A stretch of DNA of 64,000 bases from Candidatus Latescibacterota bacterium (lineage in GTDB: Bacteria; Latescibacterota; UBA2968; UBA8231), in assembly GCA_965203175.1 (NCBI GenBank), contig OZ241867.1:5280001-5344000 (forward strand), given 5' to 3'. Of the stretch, positions 39,358 to 47,887 are shown in pieces (positions within the stretch are counted from its first letter, which is position 1; the number at the start of each line of letters is the position of its first letter). A program made the position numbers and the translations under genes. Below the pieces are notes generated by a model. The model was not told the origin of the DNA, ran no database searches, and saw nothing but the letters and a program-made list of their open reading frames with translations.

Positions 39358-41520
39358 GTGCCCAACCTCCGCCTGCAACTTCCCTACGCCCTTCTCGGCC
39401 TCCTCCTCGCCGCTTCCAGCGCCTACTCAGCCGACTGGCCCTCCTGGCGCGGCCCCACGCAAAACGGCGTCTCCGAGGAGACCGGCCTCGTCGCATCCTG
39501 GTCGCCCATCTGGCACGCCGAATTTACTGGCCGCTCGACTCCCATCGTTCTCAATGGCCGAGTCTTTGTCATCGGCCGTCGCGGTGAAGGCATCGAACAC
39601 GAGGGCGTTGTCGCCGCCTTTGACGCCCAAGACGGCACCCTGATCTGGGAACACGCCTACAACATCTTCCACACCACCATCCCCTTCAACCGCGTCGGCT
39701 GGGCCAGCCTCGCTGGCGACCCAGAGACCGGCTACATCTATGCCCATACCGTCAGTGGACTATTCCTCTGCTTCGACCGCGACGGCAAGGTCGTCTGGTC
39801 CCGCTCGCTGACCGAGGAATTCGGGCGCATCTCCGGCTACGGCGGCCGCGTCCACACGCCCGTCGTCGATGAAGACCTCGTCATCATCAGCTATCTCAGC
39901 TCCAATTGGGGCAGCCACACGCCGGGCCGCCACCGCTACTTCGCCTTTGACAAGCGCAGCGGCGAACTCCTCTGGATTGCCACCCCCGGAGGCCGGCCAC
40001 TCGACACCACGTACTCCGTGCCTGTCGTCGCCACCATCAACGGCGTCCGCCTGCTCATCGGCGGCAATGCCGACGGCTCCATCTATGCCATGAAAATTCG
40101 CACCGGCGAGAGCGTATGGGGCTTCAAGCTCAGTCGGCGCGGCATCAACTCTTCGGTCGTCGTCGCTGGCGACAAAGTGTACGCAGCCCACGGCGAGGAA
40201 AACCTCGACAACACCGCCCTCGGCCGCGTCGTCTGCATCGACGCCACCGGCCAAGGCGACGTTACAAACACGCACGAGGTCTGGCGCTACGACAGCGTGT
40301 TCGCCGGCTACACCAGCCCGGTCTTCTACAACGGCCGCTTGTACATCACCGACAACTCGGCCAACATTCACGCGCTCGACGCCGAGACGGGCCAAGTCCA
40401 CTGGATTCACAACATCGGCACCGTCGGCAAGGGATCGCCCGTGCTGGCCGATGGCCGGCTCTACGCGCCCGAGGTCAACGGCCGCTTTGTCATCGTCGCC
40501 CCCGGCCCCGACGCCGCCGAGACGCTCGACCTCGCCGAGATTGCAATGCCCGACGGACGCCCAGCCGAACTATTCGGCTCGCCAGCCGTAGCATACGGTC
40601 GCATCTACCTTTCCACCGAAGCAGGCGTTTACTGCCTCGGCGACCCAGCGGCGCAGTTCAAGGTCGCCACGACCGCAGCTAACTATCCACGCGAGCAAGC
40701 TGCCCCAGACGCAACACCGGCGCACCTGCAAATCATCCCCGCCGAAGTAGTAGCCCAGCCCGGAGCCAGCGTATCGTTCCGCTCCCGAGCCTTCGACGCA
40801 CACGGTCGCCTAATCGGCCCGATCGATGCCGAATGGTCGCTCTCCGGTCCAGTCGGCCAACTCGACGGCAATACGCTTGTCCTCGCGGACGCACCCAGCG
40901 GCGGCAAAATCGTCGCCAACGCTGGCGAATTGACCGCCGAGGCGCGCATCGCCGTGTTACCCCCGCCGACCTACAGCGAAGACTTCGAGGGTTTCGCCAC
41001 CGACGCCTCACCAGCTTGGATCGGTACAGGCACCAAATTCAAGGTGCGCGAAATGGAAGGCAACAAGGTACTCGTCAAGCCGCCCGCCGCTCGTGGCCTG
41101 CACCGCGCCAACACCTACATCGGCGCGCCCGACATGACCGGCTACACCATCCAAGCCGACCTGTTCGGCACCAAAAAGCGCCGCGCCGTCCCCGACATGG
41201 GCCTGATCGCAAATCGCTACACCCTCGACCTGATGGGCTACCATCAACAGTTGCAGATCCGCACTTGGGCCGCCGAACTGCGGATGGCCAAAACCGTGCC
41301 CTTCGCCTGGGAAACCGGCGTCTGGTACACCATGAAGATGCAGGTGGAAATCGAGGGCGATACAGCCCACATCCGCGGCAAGATCTGGCCCCGCGACGAG
41401 CCAGAGCCAGCTAGGTGGAGCATCCAAGCGGTCGATCCCCTGCCCAACCGCAGCGGCAGCCCCGGACTCTACGGCTATTCTCCCGCTGAAATCTACTACG
41501 ACAACCTGAAAGTTTGGTAA
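39358..41520 (+). CDS. Secreted PQQ-like beta-propeller protein with C-terminal Ig and lectin-like beta-sandwich domains
   Basis: Signal peptide, ADWPSWRGP..NG, repeated A.D..TG...W motifs. Confidence 0.8.
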   Translation: MPNLRLQLPYALLGLLLAASSAYSADWPSWRGPTQNGVSEETGLVASWSPIWHAEFTGRSTPIVLNGRVFVIGRRGEGIEHEGVVAAFDAQDGTLIWEHAYNIFHTTIPFNRVGWASLAGDPETGYIYAHTVSGLFLCFDRDGKVVWSRSLTEEFGRISGYGGRVHTPVVDEDLVIISYLSSNWGSHTPGRHRYFAFDKRSGELLWIATPGGRPLDTTYSVPVVATINGVRLLIGGNADGSIYAMKIRTGESVWGFKLSRRGINSSVVVAGDKVYAAHGEENLDNTALGRVVCIDATGQGDVTNTHEVWRYDSVFAGYTSPVFYNGRLYITDNSANIHALDAETGQVHWIHNIGTVGKGSPVLADGRLYAPEVNGRFVIVAPGPDAAETLDLAEIAMPDGRPAELFGSPAVAYGRIYLSTEAGVYCLGDPAAQFKVATTAANYPREQAAPDATPAHLQIIPAEVVAQPGASVSFRSRAFDAHGRLIGPIDAEWSLSGPVGQLDGNTLVLADAPSGGKIVANAGELTAEARIAVLPPPTYSEDFEGFATDASPAWIGTGTKFKVREMEGNKVLVKPPAARGLHRANTYIGAPDMTGYTIQADLFGTKKRRAVPDMGLIANRYTLDLMGYHQQLQIRTWAAELRMAKTVPFAWETGVWYTMKMQVEIEGDTAHIRGKIWPRDEPEPARWSIQAVDPLPNRSGSPGLYGYSPAEIYYDNLKVW

Positions 41521-42941
41521 TGACTATCGCTATTTGCTACCTCATCCTCGCCCTAACCGCTTCCGCCAGTGCCCAAACCGCCATGTGGGGCGGCTCGCCG
41601 GGGCGCAACCAAGTCTCGGACGAGAAAAACCTGCCCACCACTTGGGACGTCGAGACCGGCACAAACGTCAAGTGGCGCGCCACGCTCGGCTCGCAGACCT
41701 ACGCCGGCCCCCTAATCGCCGGCGACAAAATTTTCGTCGGCACCAACAACCAAGCCGAGCGCGATCCCAACCACAAGGGCGACCGCGGCGTGGTGATGGC
41801 CTTCTCTTTAGAGGACGGCACCTTCCTCTGGCAAATCGCCCATCCCAAGCTGCCGGCCGGCCGCGTCAACGACTGGCCGCAGCAGGGCGTCTGCTCCACC
41901 CCTTATGTCGAAGGCGACCGCCTCTACTACGTCTCCAACCGCGCCGAAGTCGTATGTCTCGACACCGAGGGCTTCCGCGACGGCGAGAACGACGGCCCCA
42001 TCGCCGACGAAGCCGCCACCGCGCCCACCAACGCGGATCTGATCTGGAAATTCGACATGATCGCCGAGCTGGACGTCTTCCCCCACAACCTCGCCACCAG
42101 CTCGCCCATAGGCGTGGACGGTCGCCTCTTCGCCCTGACCAGCAACGGCGTGGACGAGGGCCATATCCACATCCCGGCCCCCTTTGCCCCCAGCTTCATC
42201 GCCCTCGACCTGCAGACCGGCGAGCTGATCTGGGATAGCGACCTGCCCGGCGACCAGATTCTGCACGGCCAGTGGGCCAATCCTGCCTACGGCGAAGCAG
42301 GCGGCCGCAAGCAGGTAATCTTCCCCGGCGGCGACGGCTGGGTCTATGCCCTCGCACCCGACACCGGCGAACTGATCTGGAAATTCGACTGCAACCCCAA
42401 GGATTCGGTGTGGGAATTGGGCGGCCGCGGCACCCGCAACAACCTCGTCTCCACGCCCGTCTTCCACGACGGCGTGGTCTATCTCGGCGTCGGCCAAGAC
42501 CCCGAGCACGGCGAGGGCGAGGGCCACCTGTGGGCCATTGACGCCAGCGGCACCGGCGACATCACCGAGACGGGCGCAATCTGGCACTTCGGTGACAAAA
42601 ACTACAACCGCACCATCTCCACCGTCGCCATTGCCGACGGCCTGCTCTACGCCGCCGACCTGAGCGGCTTCGTCTATTGCCTCGACGCCAAGACCGGCAC
42701 CCACCACTGGACTCACGACACGTTCGCCGCGATCTGGGGCTCACCCTTTGTCGCCGACGGCAAGGTCTATATCGGCGACGAGGACGGCGACGTCGATGTG
42801 CTCAAGGCCAGCAAAACGCTCGAATTGCTCCACGAGACCAATCTGGGCAGCGCCGTGTACACCACTCCAGTCGCCCGCGACGGCGTCCTGTACATCGCCT
42901 CGCGCAACACCCTCTTCGCCATCGCGGAAGAAAACGAATGA
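41520..42941 (+). CDS. Secreted PQQ-like beta-propeller protein
   Basis: MWGGSPGRN, WDVETGTNVKW, repeated D..TGELIW; coupled to the upstream stop. Confidence 0.8.
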   Translation: MTIAICYLILALTASASAQTAMWGGSPGRNQVSDEKNLPTTWDVETGTNVKWRATLGSQTYAGPLIAGDKIFVGTNNQAERDPNHKGDRGVVMAFSLEDGTFLWQIAHPKLPAGRVNDWPQQGVCSTPYVEGDRLYYVSNRAEVVCLDTEGFRDGENDGPIADEAATAPTNADLIWKFDMIAELDVFPHNLATSSPIGVDGRLFALTSNGVDEGHIHIPAPFAPSFIALDLQTGELIWDSDLPGDQILHGQWANPAYGEAGGRKQVIFPGGDGWVYALAPDTGELIWKFDCNPKDSVWELGGRGTRNNLVSTPVFHDGVVYLGVGQDPEHGEGEGHLWAIDASGTGDITETGAIWHFGDKNYNRTISTVAIADGLLYAADLSGFVYCLDAKTGTHHWTHDTFAAIWGSPFVADGKVYIGDEDGDVDVLKASKTLELLHETNLGSAVYTTPVARDGVLYIASRNTLFAIAEENE

Positions 42942-44014
42942 GCGTCTCACTAGACAAAATCGCCGCAGCCCGCGACGACCTCGACGCTCACGTCCGCGCC
43001 ATCGTCGAGTGGCACTTCAGCCCTGAGACCGGCTGCCCGTTTTGGCTCTCCTACGCGCAACAACTCGACTTCGATCCGCGCGAGCAAATCCACTCCTATG
43101 ACGACTTGGCCCTGCTCGGCCACTTTGAGGACGAGTGGCTGCGCGGCGGCCCGGTGCGCCAGTGGGTGCCCAAAGCCTACGCCGACGAGCCGATCTACGT
43201 CTTCGAGACTGGCGGCTCGACCGGCTTGCCCAAATACCGCATCAACATCCGCGACTTCCACACCGACTACGCGCTCTACAGCGAGAGCTTGTCTGAGGAG
43301 GATTTTCCCAAGGGAGCCGACTGGCTGATGCTGGGACCTTCGGGGCCGCGCCGCCTGCGCCTCGCCATCGAGTACCTCGCCCAGCTACGCGGCGGCTTGT
43401 GCTTTATGGTGGATCTCGACCCGCGCTGGGTCAACGAACTCATCCGCGCCGCCAAGATGCGCGAGTTGGAAGACTACAAAGCCCACGTCATCGAGCAGGC
43501 GCTCAAGATCCTCAAGGCCCACGACAACGTGCAGTGTGTCTTCACCACCCCCCGCCTCCTCGAAGCCCTCTGCGAAAAAGTCTCCCTGCCCAAGCTCGGC
43601 ATTAAGGGCATCTTCTGCGGCGGCACGGAAATGAACGCCCAGTTCCACCGCTTCGCCCGCGAGGAGTTGGTGCCCGGCCTCGCCTTTGTCCCCACCTACG
43701 GCAACACCCTGATGGGCCTAGCCTGCCCCAAGCCCTTTGACCCGACCGACGAATACGCCATCACCTACTACCCGCCGCAGCCACGCGCCGTCATCGAGCT
43801 GGTTGATCCCAAAGACCCCTCGCGCAAGGTCGGCTACGGTGAGACCGGCCAAGTCATGCTCACCACCCTGACCAAGGAATTTTTCATGCCTCGCTTCCTC
43901 GAACGCGATGAGGCCGAACGCGCTGAACCTATTGAGGTGTATCCTTGGGACGGGGTTAAAGATTTGCGCTTGCTGACGGAGTTGCAGGAGTCTGTGGTGG
44001 TGGGAGTGTACTGA
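42938..44014 (+). CDS. EhpF/GriC/LuxE-like acyl-adenylating (ANL-related) enzyme
   Basis: WHFSPETGCPFW, FETGGSTGLPK P-loop, GGT, PTYGNTLMG, FLERD; ATGA overlap with the upstream gene. Confidence 0.75.
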   Translation: MSVSLDKIAAARDDLDAHVRAIVEWHFSPETGCPFWLSYAQQLDFDPREQIHSYDDLALLGHFEDEWLRGGPVRQWVPKAYADEPIYVFETGGSTGLPKYRINIRDFHTDYALYSESLSEEDFPKGADWLMLGPSGPRRLRLAIEYLAQLRGGLCFMVDLDPRWVNELIRAAKMRELEDYKAHVIEQALKILKAHDNVQCVFTTPRLLEALCEKVSLPKLGIKGIFCGGTEMNAQFHRFAREELVPGLAFVPTYGNTLMGLACPKPFDPTDEYAITYYPPQPRAVIELVDPKDPSRKVGYGETGQVMLTTLTKEFFMPRFLERDEAERAEPIEVYPWDGVKDLRLLTELQESVVVGVY

Positions 44015-44191
44015 GTGTGAGTTCTATGCTTGGGTAGTGCATCAATTTGAGGAAGCCCTGATACTCGTCAATATTAAGGCTTCCGTCTGCACCTTTCCTA
44101 AATTTCAAACATGCCACTACCTATACTCGAAGAAATTCTTTAGCGACCAAAATTGTTTCGTTCCTATTGGAAACTCTACGCCGACCCCGCA

Positions 44192-44992
44192 TCAGAATCT
44201 AAATGGAGGACTGGGTTCTGCCCACCAGTAATAGATGTATATAGCTACCATGGCCACCAATACGATTTGTACCAAAATAAACACTTTCGACGAAAACGAC
44301 CTAGTCTTCTGTAATTCTTCCCATGAGGCAATCATTGAGACCATTATGACAAAAAAGAAGAAAAAAAGGAATGCTACTTGCCCTAGCGCCCCTATCTCTA
44401 TCACCTCTTTCCTATCCTCCAGTTCCCGAACATCGCCCTGCTGTTCGACTGTCCCAGAGGCGGTAATCGATGTCTGGTCGTCTCCAAAGTAGATCAGCTG
44501 CAGCATGGCTCCATCGCCCTGTTCAAGAATCGTCCAGTCTACGCCGAGTTGCCCCTCACCAATCTTCGACTTATCGAGCCGAAGACCAACTACCCCACGA
44601 GTCACCTTTTGGATGTCCGCCTCGATGATAGGATTAAGCGGTCCCGTCTTGACGACGAAGGGACTGAGTAGGTTTTTTCCTCGGATAGACTCTTCCCCGT
44701 CGTTCCAGATGATGATCTGAGCTGCAGTTACGTCTTTTTTGACGACTTCGCCGTCTAACTCAATATGTAGCCTCGAACTCTGATTCGCTCGGACAACCGC
44801 AGCCCTTGCTGAATCAACACAATAGATAAGGTCCGGACTCGTTCTGCTTGCTAGATAAAAAGAGACTGACAGAATTATTCCGATCACTCCTGAAATGCTA
44901 CCGACAATCGCAACTATAGGCTTGCTGAAGAATCGTTTTACGCTGTTTGTTGATTCCGGAGGCTTACTCTCTGTCTCATGGGAATCACTCAT
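44192..44992 (-). CDS. Hypothetical membrane protein (about 3 TM helices)
   Basis: One N-terminal and two C-terminal hydrophobic segments; AGGAG RBS; lower GC. Confidence 0.65.
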   Translation of the reverse strand: MSDSHETESKPPESTNSVKRFFSKPIVAIVGSISGVIGIILSVSFYLASRTSPDLIYCVDSARAAVVRANQSSRLHIELDGEVVKKDVTAAQIIIWNDGEESIRGKNLLSPFVVKTGPLNPIIEADIQKVTRGVVGLRLDKSKIGEGQLGVDWTILEQGDGAMLQLIYFGDDQTSITASGTVEQQGDVRELEDRKEVIEIGALGQVAFLFFFFFVIMVSMIASWEELQKTRSFSSKVFILVQIVLVAMVAIYIYYWWAEPSPPFRF

Positions 44993-45165
44993 CGTCAACT
45001 CCTTTGAAAACCATCAGGTGCGACCGTGCTGTTTGATCCGACTCCTGAGGGCCGTTATGTCAAGCAGCTCACTACAATTCTCTGACATACCACATTGATG
45101 AGTCCTTCTGAAAAGTAGCAGATAATCAAATCACCTATGAGATCACATCAACTAACTGAGATATA

Positions 45166-45690
45166 TTAGACTGTATCTTTTTCTACCATACGAAGAGCCG
45201 CCGTGACCACGACAGTCGCGTCCTCCTCTATAACGCTGTAGAATGATTTATGCTCAGTAACTGCCCGTAATGCGACACTTTCTTTCTGCCCCGGCCTACG
45301 AAAGTGGCTGTAGATATTTCGGGTTCTGCGCAGGTTATCTAGTTGCTGGTACTCGCTGGTAACAATCATACCACGAGTATGTGCTTCTTTCAGTAGCTTC
45401 GAGACACCTGCACGTTTAAGGTCGTCACGGCCTCTTGCATAAAACAACGCCGCAAGAGTTCGTTCAATATATGCGAGGCCCAAGATAGTTGTCGCCAAGA
45501 ACTGACCGTAAACAAAACAATATCTCATCTCTTCAAAAAGGCTCTTGGCCAGCAAGCCGCCGGGAAATGTCCAATACACCGCTTCCGGCGAATTATCGAT
45601 CAGCCAATTGAGCCGCGAAAGCCTACCTTCCCGGCATTGAGTATCTTCAGTATCTAGCCAGTCTGAGGCGGTTGAGGCTTTCTCGAACAA
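45166..45690 (-). CDS. HEPN-like (DUF4145-type) protein
   Basis: Helical protein with E...L motif and RNIYSH (Rx4H); AGGAGGT RBS before TTG. Confidence 0.6.
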   Translation of the reverse strand: MFEKASTASDWLDTEDTQCREGRLSRLNWLIDNSPEAVYWTFPGGLLAKSLFEEMRYCFVYGQFLATTILGLAYIERTLAALFYARGRDDLKRAGVSKLLKEAHTRGMIVTSEYQQLDNLRRTRNIYSHFRRPGQKESVALRAVTEHKSFYSVIEEDATVVVTAALRMVEKDTV

Positions 45691-45789
45691 TTCGTTACCT
45701 CCTTCTATTTCGAAATATCTTCGGCCATCAGTTTAGCTTTATGAACCTTATGCCGTAGATATCACTCGCTGCGACTGAGGCGAAGCTCT

Positions 45790-45886
45790 CGGCGAGAACC
45801 CAGCCGAGCACATAGTCCTTTTCTACAACCTAGAGCAGCAAGCCAAGGGTACCCGCCACATCGAGAATTGCGCGGCGGTCGATCAT
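45790..45886 (-). pseudogene. AbiEii nucleotidyltransferase toxin remnant
   Basis: MIDRRAILDVAGTLGLLL*VVEKDYVLGWVLA, with TAG at 45830-45832 and loss of similarity after about 32 codons; ATG overlaps the AbiEi stop. Confidence 0.8.
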
Positions 45887-46689
45887 GCGGACGCTGCCTT
45901 GGCCCAGCTCTCAGGCATAAGAAGGTGCCATCGGGATATGAGGCGGCGGCATGAAAGCCCCGGGTCAAGTTTGGCGTTTCCTTGAGTCAGACGCGCACGG
46001 CACGCCTCAATAAGGGTGGTAGTGCCGGGTCCTCGTTCTGCCAGAAAGCCCAAGCGCTTGAACACGGCACCGTTACCAAGCTGGTCTGCATAGGCAATCA
46101 GCTTGTCATCATCCCTGTCCTTGCGGTCGAAATAGGTTGCAAGACAGTCGGCAACATGCTGGATGCCGGCTCCGAGGTCTGGATCGTCGAGCATGTCGAT
46201 GACGGTGCGGTGAACGTCCGATATGGCGATCTGGGTTCTTCCACGCCAGACGGTCTTCGTCCCGAAGATCATACCCTGCTGGACATGCTTTAGAGTGAAG
46301 TGTGCGCTATGGCGTTGCTGGCTTTTCGCACGCACGGCCCGCGCTGTCATCACAACAATATCGCGGAAGATCTGCTCCGTCAGGTCCCAGTGTTCGGCGG
46401 CAGTCCGGCCTCCGATGTAAGCAGGCTTAAAGAGCGCAGGCACCAGCATCCAAGGATCATCGAGAACCTGCTCGCTGGCAAGGGAGTCAAGGCCAACTGG
46501 TGCGTAGGCACCCGGACCGACGCGCCGCAGCCAGCCCTGCCCGCTCCAACGGGAAAGCAGCTTGGCGGCGTCAGAACGGCTAACGCCGAGGACATCTTCA
46601 GCATCGGCGATATGAATGATGTCGCCGGATGCCCGAATAACGTCGGACAGTCTGCGGCGTCCCTTAGGTATAGCGATCTCTGAACTCAT
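45883..46689 (-). CDS. Type IV TA AbiEi-family antitoxin/transcriptional regulator
   Basis: wHTH with GWLRRVGPGAY, YIGGRTAAEHWDLTEQ, RTVIDMLD.P, KRLGFL. Confidence 0.85.
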   Translation of the reverse strand: MSSEIAIPKGRRRLSDVIRASGDIIHIADAEDVLGVSRSDAAKLLSRWSGQGWLRRVGPGAYAPVGLDSLASEQVLDDPWMLVPALFKPAYIGGRTAAEHWDLTEQIFRDIVVMTARAVRAKSQQRHSAHFTLKHVQQGMIFGTKTVWRGRTQIAISDVHRTVIDMLDDPDLGAGIQHVADCLATYFDRKDRDDDKLIAYADQLGNGAVFKRLGFLAERGPGTTTLIEACRARLTQGNAKLDPGLSCRRLISRWHLLMPESWAKAASA

Positions 46690-46713
46690 GGCAATGTAAT
46701 GTATAGTGAAACT

Positions 46714-46744
46714 GCAAAAAATCGCGTTTTATGTGAATTTTTGC
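46714..46744. promoter_or_regulatory. Imperfect inverted repeat upstream of abiEi (putative operator)
   Basis: GCAAAAAATCGC-N7-GTGAATTTTTGC (2 mismatches). Confidence 0.4.
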
Positions 46745-46833
46745 CTGTATAATACATATATAAGAAGGGGCGAACTCTCGCAAGGAGGCCATCAAGCGTA
46801 CATCTCATCTACCAAAGGCGGGCAAATCACAAA

Positions 46834-47259
46834 CTCTTCGACAGCGAGGAAATCAGCCCGGCCCATTGACTTTTCCATGATTTCCATATCAGATTGACCT
46901 CTAGCATAGGAAAGGAGTAGGTAAAGGTGGCCAGAGTTCAGTTAGTGATCCCGGATGAAGACCGTGACCGCTTCGTCCGTCAGGCGCAGAGCGAAGGCAT
47001 GACCTTGAGCGAATGGCTCAGGGTTGTCGCCCACCGACGGCTCGAAGAACAGCAGCGATCCTGCCCCTTCGAATCCCCAGCCGACCTTGAAGAGTTCTTC
47101 CGCGCCTGCGACGCATTGGAAGGCCCCGAACGGGAACCAGATTGGCAGGAGCACCTGACCGTCATCGACAAATCGCGAAAACGGTTGAGCAACTCTTGAG
47201 ACCAACGAAATCGCGGTAGGCACGTTTCTTAACCACGCCTACCGATCTCTTCGACAGCG
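46834..47259. repeat. 13-bp direct repeat CTCTTCGACAGCG flanking the small antitoxin-like gene
   Basis: Copies at 46834-46846 and 47247-47259. Confidence 0.7.
46927..47199 (+). CDS. Ribbon-helix-helix (VapB/CopG-like) antitoxin, orphan
   Basis: ARVQLVIPDEDRDRFVRQAQSEGMTLSEWLR; AAGGAG RBS. Confidence 0.65.
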   Translation: MARVQLVIPDEDRDRFVRQAQSEGMTLSEWLRVVAHRRLEEQQRSCPFESPADLEEFFRACDALEGPEREPDWQEHLTVIDKSRKRLSNS

Positions 47260-47260
47260 G

Positions 47261-47887
47261 CTATTTCAATGTAATTTGAGGATCGTCCTCATACGCCGAA
47301 TCTATTTGCACCAGACGCTCTAAAATCAGACAGAACAACCCGAACAGAGACTTTAGTAACGCAGTCTCTTTGATAACACCGGCGCATTCAAAGTGCAACT
47401 CATCAACACCTTCGGGAAAATCAGTGCCAAATAAGCCTTCATCGTCTTTAATCCGGAGATGGATATCTGGCAATCTTTGGCACAACTCCCGTATCCTAGC
47501 ATCAGCGAATAGCAACTTTACTTTCTCTGGGCTATTGCCTTTGATTAAAAATTGTTCATCAAAAAACGGATCTCCTATTTCTATATCCTGCATGCCGAAG
47601 AATTTGCCAATTGAACTGAAGAACCCTTCGTGTGAAATATTGAAATAGAGACCATCCTTGTTTATAAACGGTGCGCGCATCCGGGTGTATATCGTTGCAG
47701 TCGTCGTTGATCCGGTAGATACTGTAACCGTACAAGTATCAAGTACAATTTGCCACTCACCGTGTTTATACACGACGACATTATCGTCCCAAAAACCTCC
47801 CTCAATGAATTCACCGCCTATATCTGCAGCAATCTGTGTCCAGATTTCATCCTTGGACGGACCAAAAAAAGATCTGCGTTTACTCAT
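47261..47887 (-). CDS. DUF3137-like hypothetical protein
   Basis: FGPSKDEIW.Q, YTRMRAPF.N.DG, GMQDIEIG...FD..F.IKGN. Confidence 0.65.
   Translation of the reverse strand: MSKRRSFFGPSKDEIWTQIAADIGGEFIEGGFWDDNVVVYKHGEWQIVLDTCTVTVSTGSTTTATIYTRMRAPFINKDGLYFNISHEGFFSSIGKFFGMQDIEIGDPFFDEQFLIKGNSPEKVKLLFADARIRELCQRLPDIHLRIKDDEGLFGTDFPEGVDELHFECAGVIKETALLKSLFGLFCLILERLVQIDSAYEDDPQITLK

Noticed and set aside
45054-45090. GTTATGTCA...TGACATAC inverted repeat as an integron attC site
   Set aside because: The arm order and inner boxes do not fit a full attC, it is not repeated between other cassettes, and no integron integrase is seen.
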